Source: Bugula neritina
Taxonomy: Eukaryota; Animalia; Bryozoa
Assembly (NCBI GenBank): GCA_964035545.1
Contig: OZ037770.1
Coordinates: forward strand, 62,001 to 126,000
Reading direction: 5' to 3'
Length of the DNA: 64,000 bases
Numbering within the stretch: position 1 is the stretch's first letter; the number at the start of each line of letters is the position of its first letter. Of the stretch, positions 36,601 through 47,100 are shown in pieces. A program made the position numbers and the translations under genes. Below the pieces are notes generated by a model. It had not been told where the DNA came from, made no database searches, and saw only the letters and a list, made by a program, of their open reading frames with translations.

Positions 36601-39600
36601 CTTATATCCACAACTCTATTTATTCACAACTGGATTAGCAAGCTGTATACTACTTGTCTATACACTTCTGACTACCAGACTTTTCGAACTCGTCACACTG
36701 CTACCTACAGTTTTGTGACATAGTAGTAGTAGTAGTAGTAGCAGCAGTGGCAGTAGCAGTTAGTAGTAGCAGTAGTAGCAGTAGCAGTAGTAGCAGTTAG
36801 TAGTAGTAGTAGTAGTAGTAGCAGCAGTTAGTAGTAGTAGTAGTAGTAGTAGCAGTTAGTTAGTAGTAGTAGTTAGTTAGTATGTAGTAGTTAGTTAGCA
36901 GCAGTAGTGGTTAGTAGTACTAGTATACAACTAACTTACCCACACCGATCATAATAATGGATAGAGGAAAGCTAGAAGCATCTACGATAGCCTGTATTGT
37001 ATCTCTCTCATTAGTCACTTGTCCATCAGCTATTACAACCAGTATGTGGTACTGAAACACATAGCATATCACCATATACTCTCTATCAGTTGGAGTATAT
37101 CTCTATAGTCTCACAGCAACCATGTACTTACACTTCTAGAATGAGATACAGTACTTACACTCCTAGAATGAGATACGATACTTACACTTCTAGAATGAGA
37201 TACGATACTTACACTTCTAGAATGAGATACAGTACTTACACTTCTAGAATGAGATACGATACTTACACTTCTAGAATGAGATACGATACTTACACTTCTA
37301 GAATGAGATACGATACTTACACTTCTAGAATGAGATACGATACTTACACTTCTAGAATGAGATACGATACTTACACTTCTAGAATGAGATACAGTACTTA
37401 CACTTCTAGAATGAGATACGATACTTACACTTCTAGAATGAGATACGATACTTACACTTCTAGAATGAGATACGATACTTACACTTCTAGAATGAGATAC
37501 AGTACTTACACTTCTAGAATGAGATACGATACTTACACTTCTAGAATGAGATACGATACTTACACTTCTAGAATGAGATACGATACTTACACTTCTAGAA
37601 TGAGATACAGTACTTACACTTCTAGAATGAGATACGATACTTACACTTCTAGAATGAGATACGATACTTACACTTCTAGAATGAGATACGATACTTACAC
37701 TTCTAGAATGAGATACGATACTTACACTTCTAGAATGAGATACGATACTTACACTTCTAGAATGAGATACGATACTTACACTTCTAGAATGAGATACGAT
37801 ACTTACACTTCTAGAATGAGATACGATACTTACACTTCTAGAATGAGATACAATGTCTATTGCTCGTCTAATCAAAGGAGCAAAGCTAGTAGGTCCACTC
37901 ATTCTGACATGTTGAGTAACTGAAGCATAGGAACTGAGTACGTCTGAGACACCATAACAGTAGCCCTGCAAGGAGCATAGAATAGCTACTCACTGCTCTA
38001 TTTATATACGAGTAGTTAGTAACTGAGTAGAAGAGTTACTAACTGAATATAAGAGTTACTAACTGAATATAAGAGTTACTAACTGAGTGTAAGAGTTACT
38101 AACTGAGTGTAAGAGTTACTAACTGAGTAAAAGAGTTATTAACTGAATATAAAAGTTTCTGAGTATAAAAGTTACTAACTGAATATAAGAGTTACTAACT
38201 GAATATAAGAGTTACTAACTGAGTGTAAGAGTTACTAACTGAGTGTAAGAGTTACTAACTGAGTAAAAGAGTTATTAACTGAATATAAAAGTTTCTGAGT
38301 ATAAAAGTTACTAACTGAATATAAGAGTTACTAACTGAATATAAGAGTTACTAACTGAGTGTAAGAGTTACTAACTGAATATAAGAGTTACTAACTGAGT
38401 AGAAGAGTTACTAACTGAATATAAGAGTTACTAACTGATTAGAAGAGTTACTAACTGAGTGTAAGAGTTACTAACTGAATATAAGAGTTACTAACTGAAT
38501 ATAAGAGTTACTAACTGAATATAAGAGTTACTAACTGAGTGTAAGAGTTACTAACTGAATATAAGAGTTACTAACTGAATATAAGAGTTACTAACTGAAT
38601 ATAAGAGTTACTAACTGAGTGTAAGAGTTACTAACTGAATATAAGAGTTACTAACTGAGTGTAAGAGTTACTAACTGAGTGTAAGAGTTACTAACTGAAT
38701 ATAAGAGTTACTAACTGAGTAGAAGAGTTACTAACTGAATATAAGAGTTACTAACTGAGTGTAAGAGTTACTAACTGAATATAAGAGTTACTAACTGAAT
38801 ATAAGAGTTACTAACTGAATATAAGAGTTACTAACTGAGTGTAAGAGTTACTAACTGAATATAAGAGTTACTAACTGAGTAAAAGAGTTACTAACTGAAT
38901 ATAAGAGTTACTAACTGAATATAAGAGTTACTAACTGAGTGTAAGAGTTACTAACTGAATATAAGAGTTACTAACTGAATATAAGAGTTACTAACTGAGT
39001 GTAAGAGTTACTAACTGAATATAAGAGTTACTAACTGAGTAGAAGAGTTACTAACTGAATATAAGAGTTACTAACTGAGTGTAAGAGTTACTAACTGAAT
39101 GTAAGAGTTACTAACTGAGTAGAAGAGTTACTAACTGAATATAAGAGTTACTAACTGAATATAAGAGTTACTAACTGATTAGAAGAGTTACTAACTGAGT
39201 GTAAGAGTTACTAACTGAATATAAGAGTTACTAACTGAATATAAGAGTTACTAACTGAATATAAGAGTTACTAACTGAGTGTAAGAGTTACTAACTGAAT
39301 ATAAGAGTTACTAACTGAATATAAGAGTTACTAACTGAATATAAGAGTTACTAACTGAGTGTAAGAGTTACTAACTGAATATAAGAGTTACTAACTGAGT
39401 AAAAGAGTTACTAACTGAATATAAGAGTTACTAACTGAATATAAGAGTTACTAACTGAGTGTAAGAGTTACTAACTGAATATAAGAGTTACTAACTGAAT
39501 ATAAGAGTTACTAACTGAGTGTAAGAGTTACTAACTGAATATAAGAGTTACTAACTGAGTAGAAGAGTTACTAACTGAATATAAGAGTTACTAACTGATT

Positions 39601-41806
39601 AGAAGAGTTACTAGCTGAGTGTAAGAGTTACTAACTGAATATAAGAGTTACTAACTGAATATAAGAGTTACTAACTGAATATAAGAGTTACTAACTGAAT
39701 ATAAGAGTTACTAACTGAGTAGAAGAGTTACTAACTGAATATAAGAGTTACTAACTGAATATAAGAGTTACTAACTGAATATAAGAGTTACTAACTGAGT
39801 AGAAGAGTTACTAACTGAGTGTAAGAGTTACTAACTGAATATAAGAGTTACTAACTGAGTAGAAGAGTTACTAACTGAATATAAGAGTTACTAACTGAGT
39901 AGAAGAGTTACTAACTGAGTGTAAGAGTTACTAACTGAATATAAGAGTTACTAACTGAGTGTAAGAGTTACTAACTGAATATAAGAGTTACTAACTGAGT
40001 AAAAGAGTTACTAACTGAATATAAGAGTTACTAACTGAATATAAGAGTTACTAACTGAGTGTAAGAGTTACTAACTGAATATAAGAGTTACTAACTGAAT
40101 ATAAGAGTTACTAACTGAGTGTAAGAGTTACTAACTGAATATAAGAGTTACTAACTGAGTAGAAGAGTTACTAACTGAATATAAGAGTTACTAACTGAGT
40201 GTAAGAGTTACTAACTGAATGTAAGAGTTACTAACTGAGTAGAAGAGTTACTAACTGAATATAAGAGTTACTAACTGAATATAAGAGTTACTAACTGATT
40301 AGAAGAGTTACTAACTGAGTGTAAGAGTTACTAACTGAATATAAGAGTTACTAACTGAATATAAGAGTTACTAACTGAATATAAGAGTTACTAACTGAGT
40401 GTAAGAGTTACTAACTGAATATAAGAGTTACTAACTGAATATAAGAGTTACTAACTGAATATAAGAGTTACTAACTGAGTGTAAGAGTTACTAACTGAAT
40501 ATAAGAGTTACTAACTGAGTAAAAGAGTTACTAACTGAATATAAGAGTTACTAACTGAATATAAGAGTTACTAACTGAGTGTAAGAGTTACTAACTGAAT
40601 ATAAGAGTTACTAACTGAATATAAGAGTTACTAACTGAGTGTAAGAGTTACTAACTGAATATAAGAGTTACTAACTGAGTAGAAGAGTTACTAACTGAAT
40701 ATAAGAGTTACTAACTGATTAGAAGAGTTACTAGCTGAGTGTAAGAGTTACTAACTGAATATAAGAGTTACTAACTGAATATAAGAGTTACTAACTGAAT
40801 ATAAGAGTTACTAACTGAATATAAGAGTTACTAACTGAGTAGAAGAGTTACTAACTGAATATAAGAGTTACTAACTGAATATAAGAGTTACTAACTGAAT
40901 ATAAGAGTTACTAACTGAGTAGAAGAGTTACTAACTGAGTGTAAGAGTTACTAACTGAATATAAGAGTTACTAACTGAGTAGAAGAGTTACTAACTGAAT
41001 ATAAGAGTTACTAACTGAGTAGAAGAGTTACTAACTGAGTAGAAGAGTTACTAACTGAGTGTAAGAGTTACTAACTGAATATAAGAGTTACTAACTGAAT
41101 ATAAGAGTTACTAACTGAGTGTAAGAGTTACTAACTGAATATAAGAGTTACTAACTGAGTAGAAGAGTTACTAACTGAGTAGAAGAGTTACTAACTGAAT
41201 ATAAGAGTCACTAACTGAGTAGAAGAGTTACTAACTGAGTATAAGAGTTACTATACTATACTATACTATTATACTAGAAACAGCCACCCACTTGCTGTGA
41301 TAGGGGAAACACTGCCCTATCTTTAGTATAAAGATCTCCAAAGCCAAAGACTGGTATTAGGTTATCTTCATCAAATGAAGACAGGGTTTCCCCTATTATT
41401 GAGATGACTTGTTGGTACGGGTTTAGACTCGTCTCATCCAAATAGTGCAAACTCTTTTGATTGAAACTCAGTCTACCCTGACTGAGGTTGCTAAGGGTAT
41501 AGTCGATGCCTACAGTAAGATACGCTACTAACTCATCAAAATAACATGCAGGAATTAATTGAGTAGAAAAGTAAACTCATATCCATCTCTCTCACCTATT
41601 ATAAGGTTGCAGGATTCTAATCCAGACTTGCGTACAGCTTCTGTCACTTCTTCCAGAGTGCTGAACTTATCAGCAAGAGTCTGGAAAGTTCCATTACCAT
41701 AAAGTCTCCATATAATAGAATTGTTCTTTTGTCCACCAAATAAGTAGGATTTAATAAGGTATATAATAAATAATATTATCAGTATGACAGCCACTGGATG
41801 AACCAT
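30606..41806 (-). CDS. Copine-family (RGLG-like) VWA domain protein with N-terminal transmembrane segment
   Basis: Exons 41596-41806, 41292-41509, 37834-37965, 36940-37051, 30606-30808; motifs [112 protein letters not shown] are characteristic of the RGLG/copine A domain. Confidence 0.92.
31041..31574 (+). repeat. 5' LTR of Gypsy element
   Basis: Direct repeat of 36187-36720; TG...CA termini; TATAAATA and AATAAA motifs. Confidence 0.95.
31577..31594 (+). other. Primer binding site, tRNA-Pro-like
   Basis: TGGGGGCTGCTCCGGGAA two bases after the 5' LTR, close to the classical tRNA-Pro PBS TGGGGGCTCGTCCGGGAT. Confidence 0.75.
31671..36140 (+). CDS. Gag-Pol polyprotein (gag/zinc knuckles, protease, integrase, RT, RNase H)
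   Basis: [14 protein letters not shown] and [14 protein letters not shown] knuckles; RDTGC protease; [10 protein letters not shown]...CQSCDICQ and [21 protein letters not shown] integrase; [19 protein letters not shown]; [22 protein letters not shown] RNase H. Confidence 0.97.
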   Translation: MALLERVTQMGKDLGLVEDKLVAFVEKNLPIVAAQEEKEKAREEKEKDREEKEKDREERRLEREAERIKQENEKAIMEMKIKADQEAMALKIKADQEAEERRQQHELDMEKLKANTSLEHSRHESTRLEIANKPKPKIPFFDEKVDEMDSYLERFEWVAEGCNWDKGDWPYHLSQYLRGTATEAYIRLSPTDRRDYKKVKEALLERFNLTQEGYRKKLREAEAYEDETPAQLFTRIESYVHKWVELSGGMDIAKLVATEQFISSCPDDLAVHLKQSSYNSSEDMCDAASLFLHARGRKLAKTKKTNTKRMENTPAGSMNAEQGSKSDGACFICKDKSHIARNCPRRGKKYCSHCKMNNHNTSDCRKYGGRSVHAAAAIATTQNKTVVKDPGISFKVEEPTEITVNGKKFVNAAVCKNGPKFKDGGTAIFDAEVNGQRATVMRDTGCGCIVVNAKYVQPQHLTGESVYLNMADASVREAQWALISVRSPFFNGVVKAAVMDKTICDLLIGNVDGARSADQPLENWKDCAVTTRAQAVKEKSGDKPLMVDSNANPLSIGKDEIARLQRDDPTLERFFDAKEVKEKKGGITRFVVRNKILYREYTDSKSVSVKPVKQLMVPSSLRKEVLQKAHDCIMSGHLGVKKTTDRVLSNFFWPGLNGDVVRFCQSCDICQKTVKKGSVMKVPVQETPLIDTPFKRCAIDLVGPINPPSEKGHRYILTLVDYATRYPEATPLKNIDSATVAEALLDIYSRVGIPEEVISDQGTQFISDYMKEFTRLLDMRQLPTSPYHAMANGLVEKFNGTLKSMLKKLCAKEPRQWHRFINAALFAYREVPQESTGFAPFELLYGRTVRGPMYILRQLWTKEDTADEVKTCYQHVFELRERLDDMMEMALASLKDSQKRYKHYFDKKAKQRDFKSGDKVLILLPTDGNKLLMHWQGPFNIEEKVRLNDYIINIRGKRRTYHANMLKKYFERETPTDPMTVGAVMTLDAAGTGIIDHDEEREEGQDDLLDLYSKKQQTETSKDVILGEELENQQRRQLEELLRKFEGIFSDLPGNATGIEHSIELTTDEPVKSKPYGLPYRVRETLKADIEDMLKMGVIRPSTSPYASPTVIVKKPDGSNRICIDYRKLNRVSVFDPEPMVKTDDVFRKLSKDKYFTKLDLSKGYWQIPVKKEDIPKTAFVTPDGHYEFIKMPFGMVNSGATLVRGLRKLFENLKGVDNYIDDILVHTESWEEHVKMLTEVFSRLATAGLTVRPSKCRVGGTNMEFIGHKLYRGEIKPMDDNIEKIRAAPRPTNKTQVRSFIGLTSYYREYIPHYSTIASPLTDLTKKGEPKKVKWQEPQEKAYTTLKTMLTSAPILKLPDVHKPFVLRTDASDVGLGAVLMQPQDGKLFPVSYASRKLLDRERNYSAIEKECLAVVWAVKKYLQYLYGVEFVLQTDHQPLVYINQAKFENSRVMRWAMYLQNFRIKVESIKGKDNVGADYLSRIDSEF
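36187..36720 (+). repeat. 3' LTR of Gypsy element
   Basis: Direct repeat of 31041-31574; preceded by purine tract AGAATGGGGGG. Confidence 0.95.
37125..37851. repeat. 27-bp minisatellite containing the copine exon end and donor (27 copies)
   Basis: Sense unit ATCGTATCTCATTCTAGAAGT|GTAAGT; first donor after 37834, last after 37132 (702 = 26 x 27). Confidence 0.97.
38017..41252. repeat. 20-bp satellite (about 160 copies) with higher-order structure, in a copine intron
   Basis: aagagttactaactga(atat/gtgt/gtag/gtaa/ttag); rare variants recur at a 1120-bp period. Confidence 0.97.
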
Positions 41807-44192
41807 CACCAACTGCAAAACTATATATATAAACATAAATTAATATATAAATATATATATATAACTATATATACTGCTATTTTTGTATCCACAGTAAAAT
41901 AATAAGCCATGTTTATTTTAGTGTTTGCATTACTTAGCCAAGTCTATAAATGCTATAAATGTTCAAATACTACCATTATATTTGCAACCAGTCATGTCTA
42001 ATTGACATAATATTGTGTTTGTTACATTCTACTTTTATTGATTCTACTCATTCTCACAACCATTATTTTATGAAACACATTTACGGGTCCTGTTGATAAT
42101 TTTAGTACATTTTTTGGCTACAGAGTGAGACGGAATTCATTTTACATTAAAGAGTTGCCACAACAGTGTAACTCTTTGTATTCCTCACTCACCGACACTT
42201 CACAAACCTAAACGGCAAGGATACCTTTGCTAATAGAATCTATATTACTTTAAATATTCAATTAAAAACTTGGTCACTTTTTCTTACTAATATACGGACA
42301 TACAACAAGTTGTTTAATTCCAAAGCAAAAATAGTCTTTTCTATCAAACTTAGAAGAGGTAAAATTCATTTTATTGAGTGTTGGTGTTACTGCAGCTAAT
42401 ATTGATAATAACTATAATGATATTCACTCCAGTGATTAAACTTAGCCTTCAGTATGACCAACACTATTAAGAGTATGAATTCCACCATGAATATGGTTAT
42501 CATTATGATAGTCATTACCATTAACAACAACAATGGTTGTTTTCATGCATAAACCACAATTTATATGTATCACTTGTATGGACTTTGACATTAAACTAAC
42601 TTCTAATGTTTTAGTTTCAGTCAAAGTCTTGCAAACAGTAACTCAGTAAGACTGTTTTTCACATATTCATATTGGCCTGGCCTATATTATCATGCAGTTA
42701 CACGGTAACAACAGTATCTGGTTTTTAATGCTTAGTCCTTACTATTTACTTTTAGTTTTAGTATTCAATTTCAATTCAGTTAACCTAATAGTGATTTTGA
42801 TTTTCATTAAAATAGTTGAATCATTTTAAGTTGCCTATTTTAATTTATCATTTTTATGTTATAAGTTAAATTACAACGATAAGCACTACAAGTACTGCAA
42901 CTACAGGTACAACATTAATTTTTTAATTTTACTTAATTTTGAAAAAATAATTTATTTAATATTAATTAATAATAATAATATTGTGATTTCACTTTGATTT
43001 ATCTGTATTTAATTTTGTTATAATCATTTATATAAAATAAAATTAAATATAATGTTTTAGTTTAGGTTTAATTAGTATTACATTAAAATTTGATTTCAAA
43101 AACAAAAGTTATAAGACAGGGTGAGCTACGCCTACAGCTAAATCCTAGAGGCAGGATTAAGATTTTAGATGAGGATTAACTTAAAAAAAGTTCCTGTTAG
43201 TGTTAGACTTACTGTTGACTGTTAAGTGTTAAGACGTTGGAGTTGGTGTTACACTTTACTGACTTAGTCTTATACTTATAGTTATACTTATAGTTATTGC
43301 TAGTATTTTGCTACCACACTTTTGTTTGGTTTAAATCACAGAGACAGAGTTAAACTAATATTTCATCAAATCAAACTCTGTTTCTTCAACGAATACATTG
43401 TTTCAAGTTTCGGAGCCCACTAGGCACTAGCTGGTAGTGGCAATAAACAAAAATAATCTCTACGTGTTGCAGCAGGTATTTCACACATCACCAACTATGG
43501 GATTTCCATAAAGTACATTTCGGTGTTGGCATTGACACTTACCTTTTTTAGCGCATAAGCCATCACTTGTTTAAAGTTAAAGGCGCTTTCCCATCTTACC
43601 AAAGTCTGACAATTAATCACGTACTAAGAGTTAGCGGATCCATTTCGCTTTTGTATTTTGCTTGTGCTGAAAAGACAACTCTGTAAGATTCGACGTTCAG
43701 GAATAGATTGAAATATTACCATAGCTTAGCACCTACAGGCTGCATGTAATAATAATGCTACTATTATTACGACAGAAGACATCTCTCTTATTATTGCAGG
43801 GCTAATAAAAACTATCAAAATATTACACATAATCTGCTAGTATCAGCCAAGCAAAAGTACTCTCAGCATGATTACAGGTTAAAACATGTAATTGGGGAAG
43901 ACTTGAATATGTCCCTGGTCGGAATTTAAATGAACTACTTGCATTGTAACATATATACTGTAACATATTATTTGCACAGTATCAGAAAGAGTATTTCGAT
44001 CGAATATGATGATCTTTATATTCTTCAAACAAATACTTGATAAAAATAGCTGGAAATGATGCTATAGTGAAAGAAACACTAAGAATAGAAACTTGAAAGT
44101 ACGGTGAGCAATGTATAGGACTTAAGGTAGAACACATTGTCCCGTGTTGATAGTTTATAATATGATACAAGTATCACAGAGTGCTCAGTAGT

Positions 44193-47100
44193 TTACAATG
44201 AATGAGAGTCAATTGTAGTTTCTGGTTTACAACCTACTCTACTCTCACTCAAGTTTCCATATTTACGGATGTGTAGAAATAAAGAGATGAGCCAGAGGGC
44301 AGCGAAGGACTGTATGGCTCCAGTTAACACAATACTGTATCTAGCACCTGCATGCCTTGCCACTAGCTCTACAAGTATATACTATATACTATACTGTATC
44401 TAGCACCTGCATGCCTTGCCACTAGCTCTACAAGTATATACTATATACTATACTGTATCTAGCACCTGCATGCCTTGCCACTAGCTCTACAAGTATATAC
44501 TATATACTATACTGTATCTAGCACCTGCATGCCTTGTCACTAGCTCTACAAGTATATACTATATACTATACTGTATCTAGCACCTGCATGCCTTGCCACT
44601 AGCTCTACAAGTATATACTATATACTATACTGTATCTAGCACCTGCATGCCTTGCCACTAGCTCTACAAGTATATACTATATATAATAGAAAACAACTCC
44701 TTACCACACAGCTGGGGAAATAGTATAGCCCCAGCTCCTTCAGCCAGCAGGCCAAGGCTAAGTAGGAGAACCATCAGATGCCCACCACAAATTTCATGAC
44801 ACACAACAGTAAAGGAACCTGAGGCCAAGCCTAATCCGAGACCAAATAGAACTGTCAAAGAGTAGAAAGCTGCCTGCAAGTAACAGCAGGTGGTTTAAAA
44901 AGTGACAGCTGTACATTAAAGTGAGAGTTATGGTGTACTGTTTACTGTACTGAGAGTTATGGTGTACTGTTTACTGTACTGAGAGTTATGGTGTACTGTT
45001 TACTGTACTGAGAGTTTTGGTGTACTGTTTACTGTACTGAGAGTTTTGGTGTACTGTTTACTGTACTGAGAGTTGTGGTGTACTGTTTACTGTACTAAGA
45101 GTTATGGTGTACTGTTTACTGTACTAAGAGTTTTGGTGTACTGTTTACTGTACTGAGAGTTTTGGTGTACTGTTTACTGTACTGAGAGTTGTGGTGTACT
45201 GTTTACTGTACTAAGAGTCATGATGTACTGTTTACTGTACTAAGAGTTATGGTGTACTGTTTACTGTACTAAGAGTCGTGGTGTACTGTTTACTATACTA
45301 AGAGTTATGGTGTACTGTTTACTATACTAAGAGTTATGATGTACTGTTTACTGTACTAAGAGTTATGGTGTACTGTTTACTATACTAAGAGTTATGGTGT
45401 ACTGTTTACTGTACTTAGAGGGGAATAGGAGTTACCTTTTCTATAAGAAAAGCTGAAGTTATAGAAGCAACAGACGAGAGTAAAACTCCGGAAGTGTAGA
45501 GTAGGATTGTGGGAAACCGACAGGAGCTGGTGACTATGATAACGAGAGATCCGACCACCTGACCTACACCTGCCGGCACAGAGAGAAGGGAGTATATGTA
45601 GTATATATTATAGTATATATTATAGTATATATTATAGTATAGATATACTATATATAGTATATATAGTATATCTATCAGGTTAGCCAGTACTAGTGACTAA
45701 ATAATTGACTGTTAGAGCAACTGACCAGTCAAAGTGACTCCAAGAGATGTTTCCTCAGCACTTAGTCTGCTTTCTTTAAGTATGTAATCATTAATGAGTA
45801 CGAGGTAGGATGAGAACCCCCCTGTCCAAAACATTCCTCTAATTAGAAAGGCCCATGCCTGCAAGTAATAAAGGAAGTCATCAAAGTATCTCAAATGTGA
45901 TTGTTTGATGATAACAAAACATTGAGAGTTATCCACTTTATATTCCAGTGTCTCGGAGAGTATACAGTATTCTACTAGAGAATTATAGTACCTGGAAAGA
46001 CTTTAGAAGATATTGAAAGTCATCTCTCAGTCGTCCCTTACGTTCTCCAACATCTCTCTGGGTATCTCGGCTAAGCTGTTTGCCATTCTCTTCAATAGTT
46101 TTTTCTGAAGTAAATTCCTCTAGAAGAGTGACAACACACACTATATTATATTGTGACACTTAAGTATAGGTATAGCTAATGTAAGTATATACTAGTTGAA
46201 TAGACAAACCTGGAGCTGGTGATGGTGTCTGATAGAGTAACCCAGCCACAATGTGTACAAAGTGAACAAGGCCAATAATACCCATACCACTGGAATAGCC
46301 AAATGTTTGGAAAAGCTGATGTGATATTACGGGCCATACCGCACCTCCCACGTACACACCCAAACGTGACAGAGCCAAAGCTAAGTACCTGTGCTTCTTA
46401 AAGTTCAAGGACAACACTTCAGGAGAAGTTATCATTGTTGTGGCGACTCCGAATCCTGGAAAATACTGAAAGTGTAAACAGATATTATACGATACTATAT
46501 ACAGATACTATATACAGATATACTATATACAGATATACTATAAACAGATATACTATATACAGATATACTATATACAGATATACTATATACAGATATACTA
46601 TATACAGATATACGATACTATATACAGATATACTATATACAGATATACTATATACAGATATACTATAAACAGATATACTATATACAGATATACTATATAC
46701 AGATATACTATATACAGATATACTATAAACAGATATACTATATACAGATATACTATAAACAGATATACTATATACAGATATACTATCTACAGATATACTA
46801 TATACAGATATACCTGCTATAAATCCGAAAAGCAACACGACCTGCCAGTCTTGTGTAGAGAAGTAAGATAAACCAACACCTAGAATGAGAGAAGCACCTC
46901 CTATAAGTTGTGTTATCCTGCAGCCCAGTTTCTTTACCAGTATGGAGACTAGAGGAGCTGTATACAGAGTATATATAGAGTATATATAGAGCATATAGAG
47001 AGTATATAGAGAGTATATATAGAGTATATACAGAGTATATATAGAGTATATAGAGAGTATATATAGAGTATATACAGAGTATATATAGAGTATATAGAGA

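Larger units (their letters stand above)
31041..36720 (+). mobile_element. Full-length Gypsy LTR retrotransposon, Gmr1-like (integrase upstream of RT)
   Basis: 534-bp LTRs 31041-31574 and 36187-36720 (TGTCACAAA...TTTGTGACA, no differences seen by eye); TAGTA direct repeat on both flanks; PBS and PPT present; single intact ORF. Confidence 0.96.

Noticed and set aside
37090-37923. 277-aa plus-strand ORF (MRYDTYTSR)n
   Set aside because: Antisense translation of the 27-bp donor array.
38017-41252. CRISPR-like appearance of a constant repeat with a variable segment
   Set aside because: The variable part is only about 4 nt with a handful of recurring variants; there are no unique spacers or cas genes, and the context is a eukaryotic intron.
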